Shown: piece by piece, positions 26,824 through 39,363 of the stretch
Position numbering within the stretch: position 1 is the first letter of the stretch
How the letters are laid out: each line of letters starts with the position of its first letter
Assembly (NCBI RefSeq): GCF_003334405.1
Contig: NZ_QOWM01000004.1
DNA from: Escherichia coli
GTDB taxonomy: Bacteria > Pseudomonadota > Gammaproteobacteria > Enterobacterales > Enterobacteriaceae
DNA: 64,000 nucleotides
Direction: 5' to 3' (one strand)
The notes under the pieces: generated by a model
Told to the model about the DNA's origin: nothing
Seen by the model: only the letters and a program-made list of their open reading frames with translations
Databases searched by the model: none
Program-made: the position numbers and the translations under genes

Positions 26824-27156
26824 TTGAAATCTCTTGGTTTATGTTGTCGTCAGGCTCATGCCGGAGGAGGGTGATGAGCGATTATATTTAGTGTGCGAAT
26901 AATTTTGTTTGTAAATGCAAATGAGAAATATACGCATTCATATTTGTCATGTAAACCAAACAGAGAATGTCTTTTCAGCGCATTCGCAGGCAGAAATGGG
27001 AATAATGGCGATATATACGGCAGCAAAACGATTTTTTGCTTAAGAAATCGTGAGTTAAGGTTGAAAGAGCAGGTTTAACTCGACCATACTCTATACTCGC
27101 AGTGTGGCGCGGCGTAGCATGGCGCAACGCATGGCTATTTGAAAAAGGAAAATGTC

Positions 27157-27516
27157 GTGGCAGAAGAAACTATATTCAGCAAAATTATTCGTCGTGAGAT
27201 CCCCTCCGATATCGTCTACCAGGATGATCTGGTAACGGCGTTTCGCGATATTTCGCCGCAAGCGCCAACGCATATTCTGATCATTCCGAATATCCTCATT
27301 CCGACTGTGAACGACGTCTCAGCTGAGCATGAGCAGGCGCTGGGACGCATGATCACCGTAGCGGCAAAAATTGCTGAGCAAGAAGGTATTGCCGAAGATG
27401 GCTATCGTCTGATCATGAATACCAACCGCCATGGCGGACAAGAGGTTTACCACATCCATATGCACTTGTTGGGTGGCCGTCCGCTGGGACCAATGCTGGC
27501 GCATAAAGGTCTGTAA
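27157..27516 (+). CDS. hinT: HIT-family purine nucleoside phosphoramidase HinT
   Basis: ORF 27139..27516 trimmed to GTG ([16 protein letters not shown]..., 119 aa); HIT motif HIHMHLLGG. Confidence 0.88.
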   Translation: MAEETIFSKIIRREIPSDIVYQDDLVTAFRDISPQAPTHILIIPNILIPTVNDVSAEHEQALGRMITVAAKIAEQEGIAEDGYRLIMNTNRHGGQEVYHIHMHLLGGRPLGPMLAHKGL

Positions 27517-27518
27517 CG

Positions 27519-27896
27519 ATGAGAAAAGGATGCTTTGGGCTGGTGTCTCTGGTGTTGTTACTGCTGGTGGGCTGTCGTTCACATCCGGAAATTCCGGTGA
27601 ATGATGAGCAATCGCTGGTGATGGAGTCATCTTTATTGGCTGCGGGCATCAGTGCAGAAAAGCCCTTCCTTTCGACGTCTGATATTCAACCTTCAGCATC
27701 CTCAACGCTTTATAACGAAAGGCAAGAACCCGTTACCGTTCATTATCGTTTTTACTGGTATGACGCCAGAGGGCTGGAGATGCATCCTCTGGAAAGGCCA
27801 CGCAGCGTTACCATTCCCGCACATTCGGCGGTAACGCTGTACGGCAGCGCCAATTTTCTGGGGGCGCACAAAGTCAGACTTTATCTATATTTGTAA
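27519..27896 (+). CDS. ycfL: lipoprotein YcfL
   Basis: 125-aa ORF with lipobox LLVGC. Confidence 0.8.
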   Translation: MRKGCFGLVSLVLLLLVGCRSHPEIPVNDEQSLVMESSLLAAGISAEKPFLSTSDIQPSASSTLYNERQEPVTVHYRFYWYDARGLEMHPLERPRSVTIPAHSAVTLYGSANFLGAHKVRLYLYL

Positions 27897-27909
27897 GGGG
27901 TGAATCTTG

Positions 27910-28531
27910 ATGACAAAAATGAGTCGCTACGCCTTGATTACCGCGCTGGCGATGTTTCTCGCCGGGTGTGTGGGGCAACGTGAACCTGCACCGGTAGAAG
28001 AAGTGAAACCAGCGCCGGAACAACCAGCCGAGCCACAACAGCCTGTCCCCACAGTGCCCTCGGTGCCGACGATCCCGCAGCAGCCAGGCCCAATTGAGCA
28101 CGAAGATCAAACTGCACCGCCTGCGCCGCATATTCGCCATTATGACTGGAATGGCGCAATGCAGCCGATGGTCAGTAAGATGCTTGGGGCTGACGGGGTG
28201 ACTGCGGGTAGCGTCCTGCTGGTTGATAGCGTTAACAACCGTACTAACGGTTCGCTGAATGCCGCAGAAGCGACCGAAACGCTGCGAAATGCGCTGGCTA
28301 ATAACGGGAAATTTACCCTGGTTTCCGCCCAGCAACTGTCGATGGCGAAGCAACAGTTAGGTTTGTCGCCGCAGGACAGTTTAGGCACCCGTAGTAAAGC
28401 CATAGGCATTGCCCGCAATGTCGGCGCTCATTACGTGCTGTACTCCAGCGCCTCTGGCAACGTTAACGCTCCGACCCTACAAATGCAGCTGATGCTGGTG
28501 CAGACGGGCGAAATTATCTGGTCAGGTAAAG

Positions 28532-28551
<20 letters not shown>
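27910..28551 (+). CDS. lpoB: penicillin-binding protein activator lipoprotein LpoB
   Basis: ORF trimmed to ATG ([20 protein letters not shown] lipobox), 213 aa, Pro-rich linker. Confidence 0.85.
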
Positions 28552-30392
<1,841 letters not shown>

Positions 30393-30414
30393 CCCTGGCT
30401 TATGTGAGGAAGCG

Positions 30415-30957
30415 ATGATTATCTATTTACACGGTTTTGACTCTAACAGTCCGGGTAACCACGAGAAAGTCTTACAATTGCAGTTTATTGACCCGGATGT
30501 ACGCTTGATAAGCTACAGTACGCGGCATCCGAAACATGATATGCAGCATCTGCTTAAAGAAGTGGACAAAATGTTGCAACTGAACGTTGACGAGCGTCCG
30601 CTAATTTGCGGCGTTGGCTTGGGCGGATACTGGGCGGAACGGATTGGTTTTCTTTGCGACATCCGCCAGGTGATCTTCAACCCTAATTTGTTCCCTTATG
30701 AGAACATGGAAGGCAAGATTGATCGCCCGGAAGAGTATGCCGATATTGCCACTAAGTGTGTGACCAACTTCCGTGAGAAGAATCGCGATCGTTGCCTGGT
30801 GATTTTGTCGCGTAATGATGAAGCGCTTAACAGCCAGCGGACATCTGAAGAGTTGCATCATTATTACGAGATTGTCTGGGACGAAGAGCAGACGCACAAA
30901 TTCAAGAATATCTCCCCGCATTTACAGCGCATTAAAGCGTTCAAAACCCTCGGGTAA
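30415..30957 (+). CDS. ycfP: UPF0227 family esterase-like protein YcfP
   Basis: ORF 30358..30957 trimmed to [14 protein letters not shown] (180 aa). Confidence 0.8.
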
Positions 30958-30963
30958 ATGCCC

Positions 30964-31097
30964 TCGTCGCATCAGGTAACCTTGCCGGTACCTGATGCGC
31001 TCCGAATTCTGTGGGTCGGATAAGGCGTCCACGCCGCATCCGACAGTCGAGCATCAATGCCTGATGCGCTTCTTATCAGGCCTACCGAACGCCCTGC
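30964..31097. repeat. REP/BIME cluster
   Basis: several imperfect palindromes of REP type (CGCATCAGG...CCTGATGCG, GTCGGATAAGGCGTCCACGCCGCATCCGAC, GCCTGATGCGCTTCTTATCAGGC). Confidence 0.75.
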
Positions 31098-31206
31098 ATA
31101 CACCCCTCACTCTATATCACTCTCACAAATTCGCTCAAATAATAAACAATAAACTCTGTTTTTTGATCTCACCCGGTAAAGTCGCCTATCTTTTCAGCAA
31201 CAAAAC

Positions 31207-31220
31207 TTGATTAACATCAA
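31207..31220 (+). promoter_or_regulatory. FNR-box-like site upstream of ndh
   Basis: exact TTGAT-N4-ATCAA (TTGATTAACATCAA) about 140 bp upstream of ndh start; ndh is known to be FNR-regulated. Confidence 0.55.
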
Positions 31221-31356
31221 TTTTGGTATGACCAATGCACCATTCATGTTATTCTCAATAGCGAAGAACATTTTCATTGCTGTAACCTGTTGTTAATTAA
31301 GAGCTATGTTAATAACCATTAATTAACAATTGGTTAATAAATTTAAGGGGGTCACG

Positions 31357-32661
31357 TTGACTACGCCATTGAAAAAGATTGTGATTGTCGGCGGCGGTGC
31401 TGGTGGGCTGGAAATGGCAACACAGCTGGGGCATAAGCTGGGACGCAAGAAAAAAGCCAAAATTACGCTGGTCGATCGTAACCACAGCCACCTGTGGAAA
31501 CCGCTGCTGCACGAAGTGGCGACTGGCTCGCTTGATGAAGGCGTCGATGCGTTGAGCTATCTGGCCCATGCGCGCAATCATGGTTTCCAGTTCCAGCTGG
31601 GTTCCGTCATTGATATTGATCGTGAAGCGAAAACAATCACTATTGCAGAACTGCGCGACGAGAAAGGTGAACTGCTGGTTCCGGAACGTAAAATCGCCTA
31701 TGACACCCTGGTAATGGCGCTGGGTAGCACCTCTAACGATTTCAATACGCCAGGTGTCAAAGAGAACTGCATTTTCCTCGATAACCCGCACCAGGCGCGT
31801 CGCTTCCACCAGGAGATGCTGAATTTGTTCCTGAAATACTCCGCCAACCTGGGCGCGAATGGCAAAGTCAACATTGCGATTGTCGGCGGCGGCGCGACGG
31901 GTGTAGAACTCTCCGCTGAATTGCACAACGCGGTCAAGCAACTGCACAGCTACGGTTACAAAGGCCTGACCAACGAAGCCCTGAACGTAACGCTGGTAGA
32001 AGCGGGAGAACGTATTTTGCCTGCGTTACCGCCACGTATCTCTGCTGCGGCCCACAACGAGCTAACGAAACTTGGCGTTCGCGTGCTGACGCAAACCATG
32101 GTCACCAGTGCTGATGAAGGCGGCCTGCACACTAAAGATGGCGAATATATTGAGGCTGATCTGATGGTATGGGCAGCCGGGATCAAAGCGCCAGACTTCC
32201 TGAAAGATATCGGTGGTCTTGAAACTAACCGTATCAACCAGCTGGTGGTGGAACCGACGCTGCAAACCACCCGCGATCCAGACATTTACGCTATTGGCGA
32301 CTGCGCGTCATGCCCGCGTCCGGAAGGGGGCTTTGTTCCGCCGCGTGCTCAGGCTGCACACCAGATGGCGACTTGCGCAATGAACAACATTCTGGCGCAG
32401 ATGAACGGTAAGCCGCTGAAAAATTATCAGTATAAAGATCATGGTTCGCTGGTATCGCTGTCGAACTTCTCCACCGTCGGTAGCCTGATGGGTAACCTGA
32501 CGCGCGGCTCAATGATGATTGAAGGACGAATTGCGCGCTTTGTATATATCTCGCTATACCGAATGCATCAGATTGCGCTGCATGGTTACTTTAAAACCGG
32601 ATTAATGATGCTGGTGGGGAGTATTAACCGCGTTATCCGTCCGCGTTTGAAGTTGCATTAA
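31357..32661 (+). CDS. ndh: type II NADH:quinone oxidoreductase NDH-2
   Basis: ORF 31330..32661 trimmed to TTG ([20 protein letters not shown]-binding motif), 434 aa. Confidence 0.9.
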
Positions 32662-32870
32662 TCGACGTACACTGGCGGATGTGGCATAAACGCCTCATCC
32701 GCCCTTGAGGAACAGCGCGATCGGCAGCCGCGTTGTATCAGGCATCCTTTCAGACTCCTCCGAATCCTTAAGTATTTCCAGCCATTCCCGCGCTTTTCAT
32801 CTTCTGTCTGATAGCTGCTTTTCTCCTTCGCTTGCATGATTGGCATAACTGCAAAGAAGGAGGTGTTCCC

Positions 32871-33410
32871 GTGAATAAATCAATGTTGGCGGGTATCGGG
32901 ATTGGTGTCGCAGCTGCGCTGGGCGTAGCGGCAGTGGCCAGTCTGAACGTGTTTGAACGGGGCCCGCAATACGCTCAGGTTGTTTCTGCAACCCCAATCA
33001 AGGAAACGGTTAAAACACCGCGTCAGGAGTGTCGCAACGTCACAGTGACCCATCGTCGACCGGTGCAGGATGAAAATCGCATTACCGGGTCGGTGCTCGG
33101 CGCTGTTGCTGGCGGCGTGATAGGGCATCAGTTTGGTGGTGGTCGCGGTAAAGATGTCGCCACTGTTGTGGGGGCGCTGGGTGGTGGATATGCCGGTAAC
33201 CAGATCCAGGGCTCTCTCCAGGAAAGCGATACTTACACGACTACGCAACAGCGTTGTAAAACGGTGTATGACAAGTCAGAAAAAATGCTCGGTTATGATG
33301 TGACCTATAAGATTGGCGATCAGCAGGGCAAAATCCGCATGGACCGCGATCCGGGTACGCAGATCCCGCTAGATAGCAACGGGCAACTGATTTTGAATAA
33401 CAAAGTATAA
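32871..33410 (+). CDS. ycfJ: glycine-zipper outer-membrane protein YcfJ
   Basis: ORF trimmed to GTG (MNKSMLAGIGIGVAAALG...), 179 aa, Gly-rich. Confidence 0.8.
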   Translation: MNKSMLAGIGIGVAAALGVAAVASLNVFERGPQYAQVVSATPIKETVKTPRQECRNVTVTHRRPVQDENRITGSVLGAVAGGVIGHQFGGGRGKDVATVVGALGGGYAGNQIQGSLQESDTYTTTQQRCKTVYDKSEKMLGYDVTYKIGDQQGKIRMDRDPGTQIPLDSNGQLILNNKV

Positions 33411-33432
33411 CAAGGCTGTACTCTGCAATTTG

Positions 33433-33466
33433 GCCCCTCATTCGCTCAGGCTGAGGGGCTTTTTTT
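33433..33466 (+). terminator. intrinsic terminator after ycfJ
   Basis: GCCCCTCA-loop-TGAGGGGC hairpin followed by T7. Confidence 0.65.
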
Positions 33467-33471
33467 GCGAC

Positions 33472-34104
33472 TTATTTCACCAGTTCGGGCCATAAACGCA
33501 AAGTCGTTCCGGCAATCTGCATCAGTTTTTCCAGCGATGCACCTTCGCGTGCGCTGATCGACATCCCCTGAATAATACAATTAAGGAATTCTGCCAGATG
33601 TGTCACGTCACAGTGGGGCGGGATTTCCCCGCGCGCTTGTCGTTGACATAAAAACTGCTGCAAAGTGCGCTCTTGCATCGCATGGCGTGATTTCAACGTA
33701 TTGGCGATATCTCCTGAATCTGGGGAGAGGGTGGTGCAGTTGTTGATCATGAAGCAGCCTGCCGGGGTGTCTTTGCTGGTAAAGCAGTTGGCGATGGCAG
33801 CAAAATAGTCAGCCAGCGCAGACTCCACGCTTTTCTCTTCACAAAACAGCTGTGCTTCATGCTTAGCGGCAAAACGATCGATATAGCGGTCGAGAACGGC
33901 ACGAAATAACCCCTCTTTGTTGGTAAATTCCGCGTATAGCGTGGGCGCTTTGGCTCCGGTCGCTTCGACGAGGTCCGCAAGAGAAGTCGCTTCATAACCG
34001 TGTTGCCAGAACAATTTCATGGCCTTATCAAGCGCGGCATCCCTGTCGAACACTTTTGGGCGGCCACGGCTTTTTTTTACACATTGTGTTGAGTCAGTTG
34101 CCAT
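33472..34104 (-). CDS. comR: TetR-family transcriptional repressor ComR (YcfQ)
   Basis: ORF 33472..34182 trimmed to MATDSTQCVKKSRGRPKVFD (210 aa); TetR HTH. Confidence 0.85.
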   Translation of the reverse strand: MATDSTQCVKKSRGRPKVFDRDAALDKAMKLFWQHGYEATSLADLVEATGAKAPTLYAEFTNKEGLFRAVLDRYIDRFAAKHEAQLFCEEKSVESALADYFAAIANCFTSKDTPAGCFMINNCTTLSPDSGDIANTLKSRHAMQERTLQQFLCQRQARGEIPPHCDVTHLAEFLNCIIQGMSISAREGASLEKLMQIAGTTLRLWPELVK

Positions 34105-34259
34105 GATGCCGTTGTACCTGGTGACTGTGAATGAAAGGTTATTATAAAAATAATCACCTCCGTTCACCAGTCCAGATCCCATAAAAATAATTGCTTTCTA
34201 TTTAACTGAAATTTAAAGATTTTTAAATTAATTAATGATTGTTATAAAAAATATCTTGT

Positions 34260-34277
34260 ATGTGATCCAGATCACAT
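34260..34277. promoter_or_regulatory. perfect palindromic operator (CRP-type core TGTGA-N6-TCACA) in comR-bhsA intergenic region
   Basis: ATGTGATCcaGATCACAT, 8-bp arms exactly complementary, about 70 bp upstream of bhsA start; binding protein not established (CRP or ComR). Confidence 0.5.
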
Positions 34278-34344
34278 CTATCATTTAGTTATCGATCGTT
34301 AAGTAATTGCTTGCGACGTCATTCATCTGCATAAGGCCACTATT

Positions 34345-34602
34345 ATGAAAAACGTAAAAACCCTCATCGCTGCGGCGATTTTAAGCTCCATGTCATTTGC
34401 CAGCTTTGCGGCTGTCGAAGTTCAGTCAACGCCAGAAGGCCAACAAAAAGTCGGTACAATCAGTGCTAACGCGGGGACAAATCTGGGATCGCTGGAAGAG
34501 CAGCTGGCGCAAAAAGCGGATGAGATGGGCGCAAAATCTTTCCGTATTACTTCTGTAACCGGTCCGAATACCCTCCATGGAACAGCAGTAATTTATAAAT
34601 AA
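34345..34602 (+). CDS. bhsA: stress-induced outer-membrane protein BhsA (YcfR/ComC)
   Basis: 85-aa ORF with signal peptide, YdgH/BhsA family. Confidence 0.88.
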   Translation: MKNVKTLIAAAILSSMSFASFAAVEVQSTPEGQQKVGTISANAGTNLGSLEEQLAQKADEMGAKSFRITSVTGPNTLHGTAVIYK

Positions 34603-34641
34603 GCATTAACCCTCATTAATGCCTGCTACTGCTGATTTTTT

Positions 34642-34674
34642 CCCCGCGACATGCCGTGTCGCGGGGATTTTTTT
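34642..34674 (+). terminator. intrinsic terminator after bhsA
   Basis: CCCCGCGAC-loop-GTCGCGGGG hairpin followed by T7. Confidence 0.65.
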
Positions 34675-34683
34675 ATCCGGGCT

Positions 34684-35646
34684 TTACAGCGTTTGTGGGC
34701 TCACTTGATGACGGCGGACATCCACCGGCATCCCGGAACGGACATCCATCACATGTTGCATCACTTCAGCGTCAGTTTGTGCTGCATCTTTAAATGATTG
34801 CATTGCGCTATTCAGCGTAATTGGCAGCAGCTGCGGATCGTCATCAATCTTCTCTGACAGCGGCTGATGTACTTCAACCAGACGCGCACCGTTTGGTTCG
34901 GCAGAGACTTTTATCGGAGTGTTGATGATATTCACTTTGGTGCCTGGGGTGACCTGGCTAAAGAGTGTTTTGATATCGTCATCCCGCAGACGAATACAGC
35001 CAGAACTTACCCGCATGCCAATGCCGAAATCGGCGTTCGTACCATGAAGCAAATAAACGCCGCCATAGGCCGCCAGACGAATCGCATGATGGCCCATTGG
35101 GTTATCCGGTCCAGCCGGCACTACCGCAGGCAACTCAATTCCCTGTGCTTTATAACGGGCGCGGATGTTTGCCGTTGGCGTCCAGGTTGGGTTTGCACGT
35201 TTGTCTGAAACGGTGGTCACCATTGTCGGTGTCAGCGTGTCACCACCTAACTGACCAATACCTATTGGATACACGGTTACCGAATTTTTACCCGGCGGGT
35301 AGTAATAGAGACGCAGCTCCGCAATGTTGATCACAATGCCTTCGCGCGGCGCATCTGGAAGTAGGGTTTGCAACGGGATCGTTAACACGCTGCCCGCGCG
35401 CGGTACGTAAGGATCAACGCCGGGGTTAGCCTGTAACAGAGCGAGAAAGCCGACGTTGTATTTTTTGGCGATGGCTTCCAGAGAACCACCGTCATTTTCC
35501 ACCACATGAAATTTGTTTTCGCCAACCAGACGACTGCCCGCTGGCGGCAGCGGCCAGGTGTTGGCTTTTGCCGGTAGCGCCAGCGCCACGGCAGCGGCGA
35601 ACGTAAAAAACGTTAGCCAGCGAGAAAAACGCGTTTTGATCATCAC
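34684..35646 (-). CDS. ldtC: L,D-transpeptidase LdtC (YcfS)
   Basis: ORF trimmed to GTG (320 aa); signal peptide, LysM-like region and YkuD domain with SGCIRL catalytic Cys. Confidence 0.85.
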   Translation of the reverse strand: MMIKTRFSRWLTFFTFAAAVALALPAKANTWPLPPAGSRLVGENKFHVVENDGGSLEAIAKKYNVGFLALLQANPGVDPYVPRAGSVLTIPLQTLLPDAPREGIVINIAELRLYYYPPGKNSVTVYPIGIGQLGGDTLTPTMVTTVSDKRANPTWTPTANIRARYKAQGIELPAVVPAGPDNPMGHHAIRLAAYGGVYLLHGTNADFGIGMRVSSGCIRLRDDDIKTLFSQVTPGTKVNIINTPIKVSAEPNGARLVEVHQPLSEKIDDDPQLLPITLNSAMQSFKDAAQTDAEVMQHVMDVRSGMPVDVRRHQVSPQTL

Positions 35647-35789
35647 CAAAAATCCATAATAAATATAAGGTTATTGTAATAAACAGATAAGCCTGAATTA
35701 TGGATGGTGACAGTGTCGGATAGTGCAGGGAAGTGCAAAGAATTTGTAAATGTTGCAGATGGGGGCGCAGAAACGCCCCCGATTTACCA

Positions 35790-38700
35790 TTAAGCGATCG
35801 CGTTCTCTTCCAGTTCACGCATAAACTGGCGTACCCATTCGATACGCGTTTTCCGCTCACTCAAATCCTGAATAAATTTCAGGCGCGTCGGACCATCAAG
35901 GCGGTAATGCTGCGGCTGTTTTTGCAGCAAACCAATCAACCAGGCCGGATTAACGTGATTCTTCTCGGCAAATTCGATCACCCCGCCTTTCTCATTACCT
36001 TCCAGCTTCCTGATCCCCAGTTTCTGCGCTTGCTGGCGCAGACGGGCAATATCCAGCAGGGTACGCGCCGGATCTGGCAGCAGGCCGAAGCGATCGATAA
36101 GCTCGACTTTGATCTCTTCCAGTTCGTTTTCCGTTTTGGCGCTGGCAATACGTTTGTAGAACGACAGACGCGTGTTCACGTCAGGGATGAAATCATCTGG
36201 CAATAGCGACGGCATCCGCAGCTCGACTTCTGTTTGCTGGCTGGTGAGATCTTCCAGCGACGGCTCGCGTCCGGCTTTCAGTGCATCGACGGCGTTTTCC
36301 AGCAACTCCATATACAGCGAGAAACCGATGGTTTCCATTGAGCCGCTTTGTTCTTCGCCAAGCAGTTCACCCGCGCCGCGAATCTCCAGATCGTGCGTTG
36401 CCAGCGCAAAACCTGCCCCGAGATCTTCCAGCGAGGCAATTGCTTCAAGACGTTTTTGTGCATCGGTAGTCATCGCTTTTGGATGCGGTGTCAGCAACCA
36501 TGCATATGCCTGATGATGCGAACGTCCGACGCGACCGCGTAACTGGTGCAGCTGCGCCAGACCGAAGTGATCCGCGCGTTCAATGATAATAGTGTTGGCT
36601 GTCGGGATGTCGATCCCGGTTTCGATAATGGTTGTACAAACCAGCACGTTGAAACGTTGATGATGGAAATCATTCATCACCCGTTCCAGTTCGCGCTCGC
36701 GCATCTGCCCGTGACCGATGGCGATCCGCGCTTCTGGCACCAGTTCTGCCAGCCGTTCGGCGGCTTTCTGAATGTTTTCCACATCATTGTAGAGATAATA
36801 AACCTGTCCTCCGCGCAAAATTTCACGCAGGATCGCCTCCCGGACCACCATGCTGTCATACTCACGGACAAAGGTTTTAACTGCCAGACGACGGGCGGGC
36901 GGCGTGGCGATAATCGACAGGTCACGCATTCCGCTCATTGCCATATTCAGCGTACGTGGGATCGGCGTTGCAGTAAGCGTCAGAATATCCACGTTCGCGC
37001 GCATCGCTTTAATGCGCTCTTTATGACGCACCCCGAAGCGGTGTTCTTCATCGACAATCAGCAGGCCTAAATCTTTAAACTTGACGTCACTTTGCAGCAG
37101 TTTGTGCGTACCGATCAGAATATCGATTTTCCCTTCCGCCACTTCCGCAAGGATTTGCGTCTGCTCTTTGGCGCTGCGGAAACGGGAGATCATTTCGATA
37201 CGTACCGGCCAGTTGGCGAAACGGTCGCGGAAGTTGTCGTAATGCTGCTGCGCGAGAAGGGTGGTAGGCACCAGCACCGCCACCTGCTTGTGGTTATCTA
37301 CTGCCAGGAAAGCTGCGCGCATCGCCACTTCTGTTTTACCAAAGCCAACATCGCCGCACACCAGACGATCCATTGCCAGCGGCTGACACATGTCGCTAAG
37401 TACCGCATTAATGGCCTGCGCCTGATCCGGCGTGGTTTCAAACGGGAAGCTGTCGCAGAACAACTGATACTGCTCACGATCGTGTTTAAACGCGAAGCCC
37501 TCTTTGGCGGCGCGTTGCGCGTAGATATCCAGCAATTCCGCCGCCACATCACGCACTTTTTCCGCCGCTTTCTGCCGCGCGCGTGACCACGCATCGCCGC
37601 CAAGTTTATGCAGCGGGGCGTTTTCTTCCGCGCCACCTGCGTAACGGCTAATCAGATGCAGTGACGACACCGGAACATACAGTTTGGCGTCGTTGGCATA
37701 GGTGAGCATCAGATACTCGCCAGTAATGCCACCCGCTTCCAGCGTGGTCATTCCGGCATAACGACCGACGCCGTGCTCCAGATGGACCACCGGCTGACCA
37801 ATATGCAGTTCCGCAAGGTTACGGATCAGTGTATCGGGGTTGATGGTGCGGCGAGAATCCTGACGACGACGGGCAACGCGTTCACCGAGCAGATCGCTTT
37901 CGCAAATCAGCGCCAGATTACGCACCGTATCGACAAAACCATGTTCGGCAGCGCCAATCATCAGATAACGCCCACGGTCGCTGGCTTCATCAAGACGCAT
38001 AATGCGTTGCGGAGCAATTTTAATTCGTGCGAGCAGTTCACCCAGCGCTTCACGGCGACCTTCACTTTCTACCGAGAACACCACCGGACCGTCGAAAGTC
38101 TCGAGGAACTTACGCAGCGCATCCAGCGGCGCTTTTTGTTGTGCCTGAACGGCCAGGTCTGGCAGTTTCTGGAAACCTAAATTGGCATTCGCGGCTTTTG
38201 TCGGTAAATGTTCAGTTTTTAGCTGCACCCGGGGCCAGTTTTTCAGCTCTGAGAAGAGCTCGTCCACCCGCAGCCAGAGCGATTGTGGTGGCAACAGCGG
38301 GCGCATCGGATCGACGCCGCGATTCTCAAAACGCGCCAGCGTGTCAGCCTGGAAACGTTCGGCACTGGTTTCCAGATCGCCAGTATTCACGAGCAAGGTA
38401 TTGGCAGGGAAATAACTGAACAGCGGCGGCAGTGGTTCGCTGAAGAACAATGGCTGCCAGTACTCGATCCCGGCAGGTAATGTGCCTTTACTCACTTGCT
38501 GGTAAATATGTTCTGGATCGCGCTTCACTTCGAAGGTATCGCGCCACTGGCTGCGGAACAGTTCAATTGCCGCTTTATCGGTCGGAAATTCGTGCGCGGG
38601 CAGCAGATTGATCGCTTCTACTTCCTCCAGCGTGCGCTGGCTGTCGACGTCAAACACCCGCAGGCTGTCGATTTCATCATCAAAGAAATCAAGACGATAA

Positions 38701-39236
38701 GGCAGCTCACTCCCCATCGGGAAGAGATCCAGCAACGCGCCGCGCGTGGCGTATTCGCCGTGCTCCATCACCTGGTCAACATGGCGATAACCGGCGCTGT
38801 CCAGTTGGGTTCGTAATGCATCTCGTGACAGGCGCTGACCTTTTTTCATCACCAGCGCATGACCGTGGAGAAAACTGTGTGGGCAAACGCGCTGCATAAG
38901 CGTATTCACCGGAACAATCAGTACGCCACGCTGCATCGTCGGTAGCTGGTAAAGGGTGGAAAGGCGCGAGGAGATAATGTCCTGATGAGGCGAAAAACTG
39001 TCGTAGGGAAGAGTTTCCCAGTCCGCCAGATTCATCACCATTTGATCGGTAAACTGGCTGATTTCATCATGCAAACGCAGAGCATTTTGCATATCTGGTG
39101 CAATGAGTACCACCGGACCGGCGTGACGTTCGGCAATTTCCGCTACCAGCGTTGCACAGGCTGCGCCGGTTAACTCGCCCAGCAGACGCTGCTCACCCGC
39201 TTTGACGGGCAGCGTATAACGATATTGTTCAGGCAT
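35790..39236 (-). CDS. mfd: transcription-repair coupling factor Mfd
   Basis: ORF 35790..39299 trimmed to MPEQYRYTLPVKAGEQRLLGEL (1148 aa); helicase motifs GDVGFGKTEVA and DEEHRFG. Confidence 0.95.
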   Translation of the reverse strand: MPEQYRYTLPVKAGEQRLLGELTGAACATLVAEIAERHAGPVVLIAPDMQNALRLHDEISQFTDQMVMNLADWETLPYDSFSPHQDIISSRLSTLYQLPTMQRGVLIVPVNTLMQRVCPHSFLHGHALVMKKGQRLSRDALRTQLDSAGYRHVDQVMEHGEYATRGALLDLFPMGSELPYRLDFFDDEIDSLRVFDVDSQRTLEEVEAINLLPAHEFPTDKAAIELFRSQWRDTFEVKRDPEHIYQQVSKGTLPAGIEYWQPLFFSEPLPPLFSYFPANTLLVNTGDLETSAERFQADTLARFENRGVDPMRPLLPPQSLWLRVDELFSELKNWPRVQLKTEHLPTKAANANLGFQKLPDLAVQAQQKAPLDALRKFLETFDGPVVFSVESEGRREALGELLARIKIAPQRIMRLDEASDRGRYLMIGAAEHGFVDTVRNLALICESDLLGERVARRRQDSRRTINPDTLIRNLAELHIGQPVVHLEHGVGRYAGMTTLEAGGITGEYLMLTYANDAKLYVPVSSLHLISRYAGGAEENAPLHKLGGDAWSRARQKAAEKVRDVAAELLDIYAQRAAKEGFAFKHDREQYQLFCDSFPFETTPDQAQAINAVLSDMCQPLAMDRLVCGDVGFGKTEVAMRAAFLAVDNHKQVAVLVPTTLLAQQHYDNFRDRFANWPVRIEMISRFRSAKEQTQILAEVAEGKIDILIGTHKLLQSDVKFKDLGLLIVDEEHRFGVRHKERIKAMRANVDILTLTATPIPRTLNMAMSGMRDLSIIATPPARRLAVKTFVREYDSMVVREAILREILRGGQVYYLYNDVENIQKAAERLAELVPEARIAIGHGQMRERELERVMNDFHHQRFNVLVCTTIIETGIDIPTANTIIIERADHFGLAQLHQLRGRVGRSHHQAYAWLLTPHPKAMTTDAQKRLEAIASLEDLGAGFALATHDLEIRGAGELLGEEQSGSMETIGFSLYMELLENAVDALKAGREPSLEDLTSQQTEVELRMPSLLPDDFIPDVNTRLSFYKRIASAKTENELEEIKVELIDRFGLLPDPARTLLDIARLRQQAQKLGIRKLEGNEKGGVIEFAEKNHVNPAWLIGLLQKQPQHYRLDGPTRLKFIQDLSERKTRIEWVRQFMRELEENAIA

Positions 39237-39363
39237 AACGGTTGTCAGATTCTCGTTAGGATATGCCTCAACATATGGGGGCATATCTCTGATAAGCAAT
39301 GCTGTTCATTATCCGTAATCGACATGGTTTAGCAAATTGAATCGCCCCGGCTGGGGCGATGGC

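Noticed and set aside
26824-26960. Fur box upstream of the iron-siderophore receptor gene fhuE
   Set aside because: A Fur site is expected biologically, but by eye I could not find a 19-mer matching the GATAATGATAATCATTATC consensus at better than about 10/19, so no site is called; a PWM scan is needed.
35733-38816. Multiple 100-170-aa plus-strand ORFs inside mfd
   Set aside because: All antisense to the 1148-aa mfd gene; none has family resemblance or start-site context.
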